Below are positions 1 through 8,637 of a stretch of 32,000 nucleotides of DNA, one piece after another. This stretch comes from Alkanindiges illinoisensis DSM 15370. Its GTDB lineage: Bacteria; Pseudomonadota; Gammaproteobacteria; Pseudomonadales; Moraxellaceae. Within the stretch, counting starts at the first letter, position 1; each line of letters begins with the position of its first letter. A program made the position numbers and the translations under genes. The notes beneath the pieces were generated by a model. It had not been told where the DNA came from. It saw nothing but the letters and a program-made list of their open reading frames with translations, and made no database searches. The stretch is from positions 30,001 through 62,000 of the forward strand of contig NZ_JHUX01000004.1 in the NCBI RefSeq assembly GCF_000619845.1, given 5' to 3'.

Positions 1-1355
1 CTCAGGTGGATGTAGATACTGCGCTGCGCATTGAAACCCGTTACTTCAACAAGCTCACCACCGGACAAGTTGCCAAAAACATGATTGGCACCTTCTGGTT
101 TGGCCTGAATTCCATCAAGGCCGGTGGCAGCCGTCCACAAGGCATTGCACCTTGGCAAGCCAAAAAAGTGGCAGTGCTGGGTGCTGGCATGATGGGCAGC
201 GGCATTGCCTACTCCTGTGCAATTAAGGGCATTCAAGTGGTACTTAAGGATGTATCACAGGAAGCTGCCGACAAAGGCAAAAGCTACAGCCAGAAACTGC
301 TGGAAAAGCGCGTTTCCCGTGGCCGCATGACCACTGAGAAAAAAGACCAGATTTTGAGTCTGATTACAGCCTCTGCCGATTACAACGACCTTGCTGGTTG
401 TGACCTGATCATTGAAGCTGTCTTTGAAAATCAGGAGTTAAAAGCCAAGGTCACACAGGAAGCGGAACAGCATCTGGTTGCAGGCGGCATTTTTGCTTCC
501 AATACCTCTACCCTGCCCATTACCGAACTGGCCAAAGCCAGCCGTGACGAAAGCCATTTCATTGGCCTGCATTTCTTTAGTCCGGTTGACAAGATGCAAC
601 TGGTTGAAATTATCAAGGGCAAAAACACAAGTGCTGAAACACTGGCTCGTGCTTATGACTTTGTCCAGCAAATTGCCAAAACACCTATTGTAGTCAATGA
701 CAGCCGTGGCTTCTTTACCAGTCGTGTGTTCGGCACGTTTATTCAGGAAGGCATGCGTCTGGTGACTGAAGGTGTTCATCCGGCTAAAGTTGAAATGGCA
801 GCCCTAAAAGCCGGTATGCCGGTTGGCCCACTGGCCATTCAGGATGAAGTGAGCTTAAGCCTGACTGAACACATCACTAAGGAAACCCGCAAAGCGCTGC
901 AAGCCGAAGGTAAAAACTTGCCGGAATCCCCAGTGGAAGAACTGGTTGAATGGATGATTCATTCTGAAAACCGCAAGGGCAAAGCAGCTGGTGCTGGTTT
1001 TTATGAATACCCACAGGGCGGCAAGAAGCACCTATGGGATGGCTTGTCCAAATGGCAAAAAACCAATGACATTACTGAACAGGAAATGATTGACCGTATC
1101 TTGTTTGTACAGGCACTGGACACTGTGCGCTGTATGCAGGAAGGTGTACTGGAATCCGTGGTTGATGCCAATGTCGGCTCTATCTTTGGGATTGGCTTTG
1201 CACCATGGACTGGTGGTGCCATCCAGTTCCTGAATCAATACGGTCTGGACAAGGCTGTTAAACGCGCGCAGGAGCTTGAAGCCAAATACGGCGAGCGTTT
1301 TGCGGTTCCACAACTGCTCAGTGACAAAGCCCAGAAAGGTGAACTGTTCCAGTAA
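1..1355 (+). CDS. 3-hydroxyacyl-CoA dehydrogenase / fatty-acid oxidation multifunctional enzyme (FadB/FadJ-like), C-terminal part; the 5' end lies outside the window
   Basis: The ORF is open to the window edge (codons in phase with position 3). It has the Rossmann NAD motif VAVLGAGMMGSGIAY, followed by HFFSPV and typical 3-HCDH C-terminal domains. The stop codon is at 1353-1355 and a strong terminator follows. No fadA-like thiolase lies downstream. Confidence 0.85.
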   Translation, partial: QVDVDTALRIETRYFNKLTTGQVAKNMIGTFWFGLNSIKAGGSRPQGIAPWQAKKVAVLGAGMMGSGIAYSCAIKGIQVVLKDVSQEAADKGKSYSQKLLEKRVSRGRMTTEKKDQILSLITASADYNDLAGCDLIIEAVFENQELKAKVTQEAEQHLVAGGIFASNTSTLPITELAKASRDESHFIGLHFFSPVDKMQLVEIIKGKNTSAETLARAYDFVQQIAKTPIVVNDSRGFFTSRVFGTFIQEGMRLVTEGVHPAKVEMAALKAGMPVGPLAIQDEVSLSLTEHITKETRKALQAEGKNLPESPVEELVEWMIHSENRKGKAAGAGFYEYPQGGKKHLWDGLSKWQKTNDITEQEMIDRILFVQALDTVRCMQEGVLESVVDANVGSIFGIGFAPWTGGAIQFLNQYGLDKAVKRAQELEAKYGERFAVPQLLSDKAQKGELFQ

Positions 1356-1376
1356 CAGTAACCCTGATAGCTGATG

Positions 1377-1402
1377 AAAAAGGCGCCATGTGCGCCTTTT
1401 TT
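1377..1402 (+). terminator. Rho-independent terminator of the fadB-like gene
   Basis: The stem is aaaaGGCGC (1378-1386) paired with GCGCCtttt (1392-1400), with loop catgt. A run of 6 T follows (1397-1402), about 22 nt after the stop codon. Confidence 0.75.
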
Positions 1403-1683
1403 CTGTGCTGCTTTTTTAAGAGCCAACTGATGCTGTTTTTTATTCCTGCACAACTTTATACTTAAAACCTGCCACTACCTACGTGAGATTTTGCAATGTC
1501 ACAACAACCGGTTAAGCCCACCTCGGGTGATGATATATTCCCGCTTAAATATCTTTATATCAGTGTCCTTGTGGTGATTTTATTTATGGTTTTTTTCTAT
1601 TTTGCTACGCATTAAGTCGTGTAAAGAAACAAATTTAGTTTTTCTTCTTTTTAGTGATTCAATCCCTTCTTTTAAATACAAAT

Positions 1684-1708
1684 GCGATAAATCATGATAA
1701 TTTATCGC
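1684..1708 (+). promoter_or_regulatory. Candidate operator: perfect 9-bp inverted repeat upstream of the lipoprotein gene
   Basis: GCGATAAAT-catgata-ATTTATCGC has perfectly complementary arms. It sits about 47 bp upstream of the ATG at 1755, just upstream of a TATACT -10-like hexamer (1727-1732). The core AATCATGATAAT gives 12/19 hand-counted matches to the Fur consensus GATAATGATAATCATTATC when aligned from 1690. Confidence 0.35.
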
Positions 1709-1754
1709 TCATTAAAATCTGCTTTTTATACTTAACAACATATTTGAGAATGCA

Positions 1755-3203
1755 ATGCTTCATCATAAAAATTATGCTGGCTGTCTCGTATTGGCGGCAA
1801 GTTCCCTACTGATTAGTGCTTGTGGTGGAAGTAGCAGCACGAACGATCATAATGAAATTAAAATCCCGGAAACCAAGCCTCAGTCCTTTCAGTCCAGCTT
1901 TAATAGTACTTTAACGATTGAGGAAAAAACGACGAATGGCTCAAAAAAATATGACATTCCTAGTAAATCAACGAATCAAAAAGACAATGTACTTGCTTAT
2001 AGCGTAATCACTGAGCTGGCAAATTCACTTGCAACCGAGACGGAGCATGCTGCAACACGGCATCCTCGATTAAATCAATTAATGCGCTTTGCGCTTGATG
2101 AAAATGGCAATACTTTCAACCTTGATATTGAATATAACCCGCTTCTAAAAAAAGTAACGTTTTTTTCCTTAACCAAAAACACGATAGATTCTGATAATCC
2201 CCAGCAGACCTTTAGCTGTAGACAGGAAGATTCTCAATATGATGATCAATGTTCTGGCTCAACCGTTCAGTATGATCCAGCTACTGGCTCAGTGGATATT
2301 AATTTTACTCAGACAATTCTAAAATCCAATAATTCATTGGATAATTTATTAATACTTAATGGAAAGCTTAAGGGTAGACTCTCTATTGCACCGCAAACAG
2401 TGCAAGATATTCCCCAAACAAGTCGCGGCTCGGTGATTATAGATGGCAAAACCCATCAGGTTATCGCTGCGGTTAATACTCCGGAGCAAATTATTGGCTC
2501 AAGAATATTTAATCAAGGTATTTCTGTTTTAACCGATAATGATATTAATATGTCCTTTAGCAAAGATGATCATGGCCTTTACAGCCAGTATATAGACTTC
2601 TTACATGCTGAACCGGCGGATACGCAAAACTTAAGCTTTAAAGATTTACAGTCAGCCAGTCAGTTTACCTTGCTACCGACACTATACAATTTTTCCAGTT
2701 TTGGTAATGAACCTAAACCAGCGTCACTCATGATTAGTGCCTCAGTGGAGGCATTAAAGCCACAACAAGTATTAACTCTTCGTCCTATATCATCAAACTC
2801 ACCAGCCGCAGATCAGAATAACCCCTGGTATTCAAGTAACTCAATTTTTAATAGAAGTAATACGCCTAATGACTTCACCGTTCGCTTGATAAATCACAAC
2901 ACCGTTGCGATTGAAAGCCAGGACATCACAGCAACTATCAAAGATAAAAAAGTAAAGTCTGTTCAACTTAATACGGTATTACTTGATTCTAGCGCCAGTA
3001 GCTTAACGCGCTTAATTGTACTTGACTATCAGTGTGGTGAGGCTAATTCACCCTGTAAAGGAATTCAGGTTGAGCCAAATGGATTTGGTGTAAAATTTAA
3101 TAATACTGTTCTCACCAATTCCAGCCCATCTAACCAAGGCAGTGATAATCCACCCCCTCCAGCCATTACCCTAAATGGTGGACTGGACTATACAGGACGT
3201 TAA
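1755..3203 (+). CDS. Putative lipoprotein of unknown function (482 aa)
   Basis: The signal peptide has the lipobox LLISAC-GG (Cys23). The mature part is rich in S, N, T and Q. It contains only four further Cys, arranged as two pairs (C155/C166 and C427/C434). GC content is clearly lower than in the neighbouring genes. I recognise no family signature. Confidence 0.75.
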   Translation: MLHHKNYAGCLVLAASSLLISACGGSSSTNDHNEIKIPETKPQSFQSSFNSTLTIEEKTTNGSKKYDIPSKSTNQKDNVLAYSVITELANSLATETEHAATRHPRLNQLMRFALDENGNTFNLDIEYNPLLKKVTFFSLTKNTIDSDNPQQTFSCRQEDSQYDDQCSGSTVQYDPATGSVDINFTQTILKSNNSLDNLLILNGKLKGRLSIAPQTVQDIPQTSRGSVIIDGKTHQVIAAVNTPEQIIGSRIFNQGISVLTDNDINMSFSKDDHGLYSQYIDFLHAEPADTQNLSFKDLQSASQFTLLPTLYNFSSFGNEPKPASLMISASVEALKPQQVLTLRPISSNSPAADQNNPWYSSNSIFNRSNTPNDFTVRLINHNTVAIESQDITATIKDKKVKSVQLNTVLLDSSASSLTRLIVLDYQCGEANSPCKGIQVEPNGFGVKFNNTVLTNSSPSNQGSDNPPPPAITLNGGLDYTGR

Positions 3204-3225
3204 TTCAATTTAGCATCGTTCATCC

Positions 3226-3253
3226 AAAAGCACGCCATAATCAGCGTGCTTTT
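3226..3253. terminator. Bidirectional rho-independent terminator between the convergent lipoprotein and methyltransferase genes
   Basis: aaaaGCACGC (3226-3235) pairs with GCGTGCtttt (3244-3253) around the loop cataatca. The A-run and T-run on the two sides allow function on both strands. Confidence 0.7.
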
Positions 3254-3264
3254 GATCATTTATT

Positions 3265-4560
3265 TTAACCATTCTTTTCGGCTAGCAACTCCTCTAGACT
3301 CTGTTTTTCAATCCCATAAAACTGCTTCAATTCCTGTACTTTTTCCAGGATAGCAGCCTGTTTTTTCGCACTCTGCTGTTTTTTTACTGCCAGAATCATC
3401 TTGTTTTTGCTGGTATGTTCCAGCGCCACAAATTCAAAAACCTTGGTTTCATAACCGTTGGCTTCCAGCAACAATGCACGCATACTATCAGTCAGCATTT
3501 CAGCCTGCTGTCCCAGATGCACACCATATTGCAGCATGGGTTGTAGCAGGCCCGGCATTTTAAGTTGCGGCCGGATTTCCTTATGACAACAGGGCGCGCA
3601 CATGATGACCGACGCATTCAGGCGAATCCCGGTATGCAGGGCATAATCCGTTGCAATATCGCAGGCATGCAGGGCTATCATGACGTCCACCTTACTCGAA
3701 CTGGATTCTCGTCTTGCGTCTGGGCGAAGCGGTGCTTCGCTTGATCCAGACTCAGGATTAAAACTGCGCACATCGCCCTGATAAAATGTCATTCCCTGTG
3801 CATCAATCGTATTAGCCACCCGATTACAAAACTGCACCAGCTCATCACGTAGCTCTACTCCGGTTACCTCTGCGGTTTTATGCAATTGCTGCACAATAAA
3901 ATCGTGCACAGCAAAGGTGAGATAGCCTTTGCCTGAACCAAAATCCACCACCGAAATAGATTCGTGCTGTTCCAACTGTGCCTGCCCCACTGCATTGGCA
4001 AAAATTTCTACAAACTTGTTAATTTGTTTCCATTTGCGCGACATGGCCGGAATAATCTGGCCCTGCTGATCCGTCACACCCAATTGTTGCAGGAATGGCC
4101 GTGATTGCTCCACATAGCGCTGTTTGGCACGGTTATGCAGTGCGCCGGTTTGAGAGCTATTTTTAGGTTGCATGCCATTTTGTCCAAGCTGCAAACTTGC
4201 CTGTTGCGTGAGCAGCGGTTTGCCTTTTTTACTGATCATTAACTGATATTCAGTGCTGGTTGTTTTGACATTAACCTGCTTAAAGCCTGCATCCAGTTGC
4301 CGGGTAATTTCGGCCAGTGCATCGCTCAAGGTATAGTTTTTGGTGATGTCACGAGTCTGATAGCGATAAACCATGCTCAGCATAGGCTGGTCTTTTAAAT
4401 AAACTGTGCGAATCTGGATTTTTTCCAGCCCGGCTTCACTGCCCTTATATTTGCTTAAACTGATTTTTTCCAGTTGACCCGCCGCAAAACCATTGCTAAT
4501 GATGTGATGTAACTGATGAACGCTGTCCGATGAAGATACAGGCAGTGGCTGGTCAGACAT
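3265..4560 (-). CDS. Class I SAM-dependent methyltransferase (Methyltransf_32 / METTL25-like)
   Basis: It has the SAM-binding motif VVDFGSGKGYLT and the downstream ALHACDIATD motif typical of this family. I place the start at the ATG at 4560 (MSDQPL...). The longer ORF-track start at 4611 adds a hydrophobic, non-conserved-looking leader. Confidence 0.8.
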   Translation of the reverse strand: MSDQPLPVSSSDSVHQLHHIISNGFAAGQLEKISLSKYKGSEAGLEKIQIRTVYLKDQPMLSMVYRYQTRDITKNYTLSDALAEITRQLDAGFKQVNVKTTSTEYQLMISKKGKPLLTQQASLQLGQNGMQPKNSSQTGALHNRAKQRYVEQSRPFLQQLGVTDQQGQIIPAMSRKWKQINKFVEIFANAVGQAQLEQHESISVVDFGSGKGYLTFAVHDFIVQQLHKTAEVTGVELRDELVQFCNRVANTIDAQGMTFYQGDVRSFNPESGSSEAPLRPDARRESSSSKVDVMIALHACDIATDYALHTGIRLNASVIMCAPCCHKEIRPQLKMPGLLQPMLQYGVHLGQQAEMLTDSMRALLLEANGYETKVFEFVALEHTSKNKMILAVKKQQSAKKQAAILEKVQELKQFYGIEKQSLEELLAEKNG

Positions 4561-4674
4561 GGCAATACCCAGTTTTACAATAACGAAAACAGATATGATA
4601 AAACATCCCACTGATGAGTGCTAAAAATGCCCTTAAATTTATGTTAATGTGAGGCAAAACAGGTTTGTATTAGC

Positions 4675-5325
4675 ATGAATTCATCCAGTCCCATGATGCC
4701 TTATAACAGCCAGGAAGAACGCATCAATGCCCTAACGCATGCGCTGGGTGCTGTACTGGCGCTCATTGCTGGTATTTTTTTACTCAAAAAAGGCCTCGGC
4801 AGCTTAAGCAATGCGCAAAGCACCGGACTGGTAATTTATAGCATCAGTATGGTGGTGCTGTTTTTAGCATCTACCCTGTATCACAGTATTCAGTCGCCTA
4901 AAGCGCGTACCTTTTTAAAACAACTGGATCACAGTGCGATTTACCTGCTGATTGCAGGCACATATACGCCATTTTTAATGATTAGCCTTGAGGGTTTTAA
5001 AGCAGAGCTGCTGTTGTGGATTTTATGGGGCATGGCAGGCCTTGGTATTATTTTTAAGCTGTTTTTTATCCATCAGTTTCCCAAGGTTTCCCTGACTGCG
5101 TATCTGGTGATGGGTTGGCTTGCCGTGTTTGTATTGCCGGATATTTATCATGCCTTACCCTCGGCAGGATTTTTCTGGCTGGTTGCAGGCGGTGTGAGCT
5201 ACACACTGGGAACGATTTTTTATGCAGCCAAGAAATACCCTTATACTCATGCCATCTGGCATTTATTTGTGCTGATAGGCGCTGCCTGTCATTGCTGGGC
5301 AATTTACACTTATGTTTTGCCTTAA
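4675..5325 (+). CDS. trhA: Hemolysin III / PAQR family membrane protein (YqfA/TrhA-like)
   Basis: It has seven predicted TM segments and the family histidine motifs: NALTHALGA, STLYHS, LDHSAIYLLIAGTYTPF and HAIWHLFVLIGAACH. Confidence 0.85.
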   Translation: MNSSSPMMPYNSQEERINALTHALGAVLALIAGIFLLKKGLGSLSNAQSTGLVIYSISMVVLFLASTLYHSIQSPKARTFLKQLDHSAIYLLIAGTYTPFLMISLEGFKAELLLWILWGMAGLGIIFKLFFIHQFPKVSLTAYLVMGWLAVFVLPDIYHALPSAGFFWLVAGGVSYTLGTIFYAAKKYPYTHAIWHLFVLIGAACHCWAIYTYVLP

Positions 5326-5657
5326 CAAATAACTATGGCCTAAGTATTCACCAAGCTTTTTAAAGTAATTTTTACAGCAGTGCATTTTTATAATGCTGAT
5401 CCTTAGCAGCAATTTACTAAACCCTGTCAGATTATAATTTTACCCATAATTCAGGTTGTAGATTTTTTGCCATAAACTTCTGGATGATACTGGCTTGTTA
5501 AAAATACAGACTTTATAAAAAACAGTATCAAACACTGGTATCACAACCCGGCTGGTGGCAATATTAACCGCTTAATAAATTGTGTCTTTTTTAGTCAGGC
5601 TAATGAATTCCTATCATTTCCTGAATTAAAAAATACTTTACTGCACAACCGGGATAG

Positions 5658-6959
5658 ATGATGAGTAATGTTGCTGTGGCAGCGCCTGCCAAAACCAACT
5701 CAAAAGCAACGGTGCTGTTTGCCAGCCTGATCGGCACCACGATTGAATTCTTTGATTTTTATATTTTTGCTACTGCTGCAGTTCTGGTATTTCCAACCCT
5801 GTTTTTTCCGGGTAATGATCCTGATCTGGCTCGCTTACAATCCTTTATGACCTTTGCGATTGCGTTTTTTGCGCGACCCATTGGTTCTGCCCTGTTTGGA
5901 CATTTTGGTGACCGGATTGGCCGCAAAGCAACGCTGGTTGCCGCCTTACTCACCATGGGACTCTCAACCGTTGCCATTGGTTTGTTGCCCAGTTATGCAC
6001 AGGTTGGCGTGCTTGCTCCTTTGCTGCTGGCACTATGCCGCTTTGGACAGGGATTGGGTCTGGGTGGTGAATGGGGTGGTGCGATATTGCTGGCGACCGA
6101 AAACGCCCCGCCCGGTAAACGGGCATGGTATGGCATGTTTCCACAACTGGGCGCGCCGATTGGTTTTTTAATGGCCAGCGGTTCTTTTCTGCTTTTGGGT
6201 GAATTCCTGAGCGAAGCAGACCTGTTTGCCTGGGGCTGGCGCCTGCCTTTTATTGCCAGTAGTGTGCTGGTGCTGATAGGGCTGTTTGTGCGCCTAAAAA
6301 TTCATGAAACTCCTGTGTTTCAGGCCACACTGGACAAGCATGAGCAGGTTAAGGTTCCCATGCTTACTGTGTTTAAACATCATGGAAAAATGCTGTTTTT
6401 AGGCACTTGTATTGCGCTGGCCACCTTTGTGCTGTTTTATTTGGTGACTGTTTTTGCCCTAAGCTGGGGTACGACCAGTCTGGGTTATAGCCGCGAGCAT
6501 TTTCTGGTTTTGCAGATGATTGCGATTTTGTTTTTTGCGGCTTGCATTCCGGTTTCTGCACTGCTGGCAGACCGTCATGGCCGTAAAGTTACTTTAGGCA
6601 TTATTTCACTGGCAATTGCCGTGTTTGGCCTATTTATGGCTCCCCTGCTCAACAGCGGCACCGATGCAGGTGTGCTGGGCTTTTTGTGTGTTGGATTAGC
6701 CCTGATGGGACTCACCTATGGGCCTCTGGGTACTATTTTATCTGAATTGTTCCCGACGAATGTCCGCTATACCGGCGCATCATTGACGTTTAACCTTGCT
6801 GGAATTTTTGGGGCTTCACTTGCGCCTTCAATTGCAACATGGCTGGGTAAACAGTATGGCCTTGGCGCAGTAGGCTATTATCTGGCCGCGGCTGCCGTGA
6901 TTACCCTGCTAGCAGTGCTGGTGACGCAGGAAACAAAAAATCAGCAATTGGACAATTAA
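5658..6959 (+). CDS. MFS transporter, metabolite:H+ symporter (MHS) family
   Basis: The product is 433 aa with about 12 TM segments. The N-terminal TIEFFDFYIFATAA and GHFGDRIGRK motifs are typical of ProP/ShiA/KgtP-type MHS transporters. Confidence 0.85.
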   Translation: MMSNVAVAAPAKTNSKATVLFASLIGTTIEFFDFYIFATAAVLVFPTLFFPGNDPDLARLQSFMTFAIAFFARPIGSALFGHFGDRIGRKATLVAALLTMGLSTVAIGLLPSYAQVGVLAPLLLALCRFGQGLGLGGEWGGAILLATENAPPGKRAWYGMFPQLGAPIGFLMASGSFLLLGEFLSEADLFAWGWRLPFIASSVLVLIGLFVRLKIHETPVFQATLDKHEQVKVPMLTVFKHHGKMLFLGTCIALATFVLFYLVTVFALSWGTTSLGYSREHFLVLQMIAILFFAACIPVSALLADRHGRKVTLGIISLAIAVFGLFMAPLLNSGTDAGVLGFLCVGLALMGLTYGPLGTILSELFPTNVRYTGASLTFNLAGIFGASLAPSIATWLGKQYGLGAVGYYLAAAAVITLLAVLVTQETKNQQLDN

Positions 6960-7131
6960 ACACAGCGCTAATCGTCGGTTTTTTCATGTAGTTTTAAATG
7001 AAGTCAGCTAAGCTTGAATGCGAAGCTGGCTTTTAACTATAGACTTGATGCTAATGCCTAAAACCAGCCTATGGGTACTGGTTTAGATTAAAACAGAGCG
7101 GCTGATGCCCTCATAAAAGGACGAGGAAATA

Positions 7132-8607
7132 TTGGTTAAACTTTCCCATCAGCAACCTAATCTGCACTACATTGATGAGCGCATTTTCCTGCTTAAAATT
7201 GCAGTGCTGCTGATTTGTTTACCCTCAATACTGGTGTTGTATGGCTGGCTGTGTGAAAGCCGCCTACTGGCCTGGTTATTCCCGTCCGGCATTTCCATGA
7301 AGGCCAACTCGGCGTTTTGCTTTATCATCGCCAGCGCTGCCTTACTGCTGTTCCTGACCCGGCGTCCGCTAGCTATAGTGGTTCAGCGTATCCTGTCGCT
7401 CACCCTGATTGGCATTGGGCTAATAACGGCTTACCAGTATATTAGCGGTACTGATCTGCCTTATGTAGATTCCTTGCTGGTTCAGAATCAGTTGATCCAA
7501 AATGATCCTGACAACCAGCTATTTTCAAACCGGATGTCACCGCTGTCTGCCATTAATTTTACTTTAAATGGCCTAAGTATTTTTTTACTGACCTTCCGTA
7601 ATTATCACATCTTAAACCTGGCCCGTATTATTACTATCCCGGTTATCCTGACTGCCATCATGGTACTGATTGGTTATGCCTATGGGGTACGTGAGCTGTA
7701 CCGCTTTGGTTTTTATGTGCCTTTGTCGCCTTTGTCGGCCATTGCATTCATTGAGCTGAGCGTAGCGCTGATGTTCATTCATGCCGAACGCGGCTTTATG
7801 CGCCTGTTCGTTGGGCAAACACTGGGCAGCAAAATGGTACGCTGGCTGTTGCCTACCCTGATTCTGGTGTTTATCACCATTGGCTGGCTTTGCCGTCAGG
7901 GCAACCTGATGCACTGGTACAACAATCAGTTTGAAGTTTCCATGCTGATTTTCCTGACCCTGTTTCTGTCATCCTGCCTGATTATCTGGCAGGCCCGTGC
8001 CCAGCATGGTCAGGAACTGCTGCGCCAGCGTGCCCAGCATGCACTAGAACTTAACAATATCAACCTTGAGAAAAAAGTCGAGCGGCGCACGCAGGAACTT
8101 AAAAAGCTCATGGAAGAACTGGAAGCCTTAAGCCTGACCGATAGCCTGACCGGCCTTGCCAACCGGCGTGCCTTTGAACAACGCCTGAAAATGGAATGGC
8201 AACGCGCCACCCGTTATGAACATCCACTTACTGTTATGCTGATTGATGTGGATCATTTCAAGCGCTTTAACGATGATTTTGGCCACCAGACTGGTGATCA
8301 TGTATTGGCACAGGTTGGTGCTATTTTACAGCAGGCTGTACGCACGACTGATCTGGCCTGTCGTTATGGCGGTGAGGAATTTGTGATTATCCTACCGGAT
8401 ACCCCAATGGATGATGCCCTACCCATTGCCCATCGCATTCGTGAACAAGTGGCTGACCACCGCTGGGAAGCACGCCAGGTTACGGTGAGTGTTGGGGTAG
8501 CCCAGCTTAACCAGCATAAAACCCCCAATCAACTCGTGTCCGATGCTGATCAGGCGCTCTATCAGGCTAAGGCAGCAGGTCGTAATCAGGTGATTTATCT
8601 GAGCTGA
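7132..8607 (+). CDS. Membrane-bound diguanylate cyclase (GGDEF domain)
   Basis: The C-terminal domain has the active site RYGGEEF and an RTTD (RxxD) I-site five residues upstream. A coiled-coil linker and a polytopic membrane region of about 290 aa precede it. The ORF-track start is a TTG at 7132 with aggacgagg upstream, so the exact start is uncertain. Confidence 0.85.
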   Translation: MVKLSHQQPNLHYIDERIFLLKIAVLLICLPSILVLYGWLCESRLLAWLFPSGISMKANSAFCFIIASAALLLFLTRRPLAIVVQRILSLTLIGIGLITAYQYISGTDLPYVDSLLVQNQLIQNDPDNQLFSNRMSPLSAINFTLNGLSIFLLTFRNYHILNLARIITIPVILTAIMVLIGYAYGVRELYRFGFYVPLSPLSAIAFIELSVALMFIHAERGFMRLFVGQTLGSKMVRWLLPTLILVFITIGWLCRQGNLMHWYNNQFEVSMLIFLTLFLSSCLIIWQARAQHGQELLRQRAQHALELNNINLEKKVERRTQELKKLMEELEALSLTDSLTGLANRRAFEQRLKMEWQRATRYEHPLTVMLIDVDHFKRFNDDFGHQTGDHVLAQVGAILQQAVRTTDLACRYGGEEFVIILPDTPMDDALPIAHRIREQVADHRWEARQVTVSVGVAQLNQHKTPNQLVSDADQALYQAKAAGRNQVIYLS

Positions 8608-8637
8608 TTAGAACTGGTTGATTCACTACTAAACGTA

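Noticed and set aside
7061-7084. The hairpin AAACCAG-cctatgggta-CTGGTTT downstream of the MFS transporter, considered as a terminator.
   Set aside because: The stem is only 7 bp and AT-rich, the T-tract is only four T (ctggTTTTagatt), and it lies about 100 nt after the stop codon. That is too weak to call a feature.
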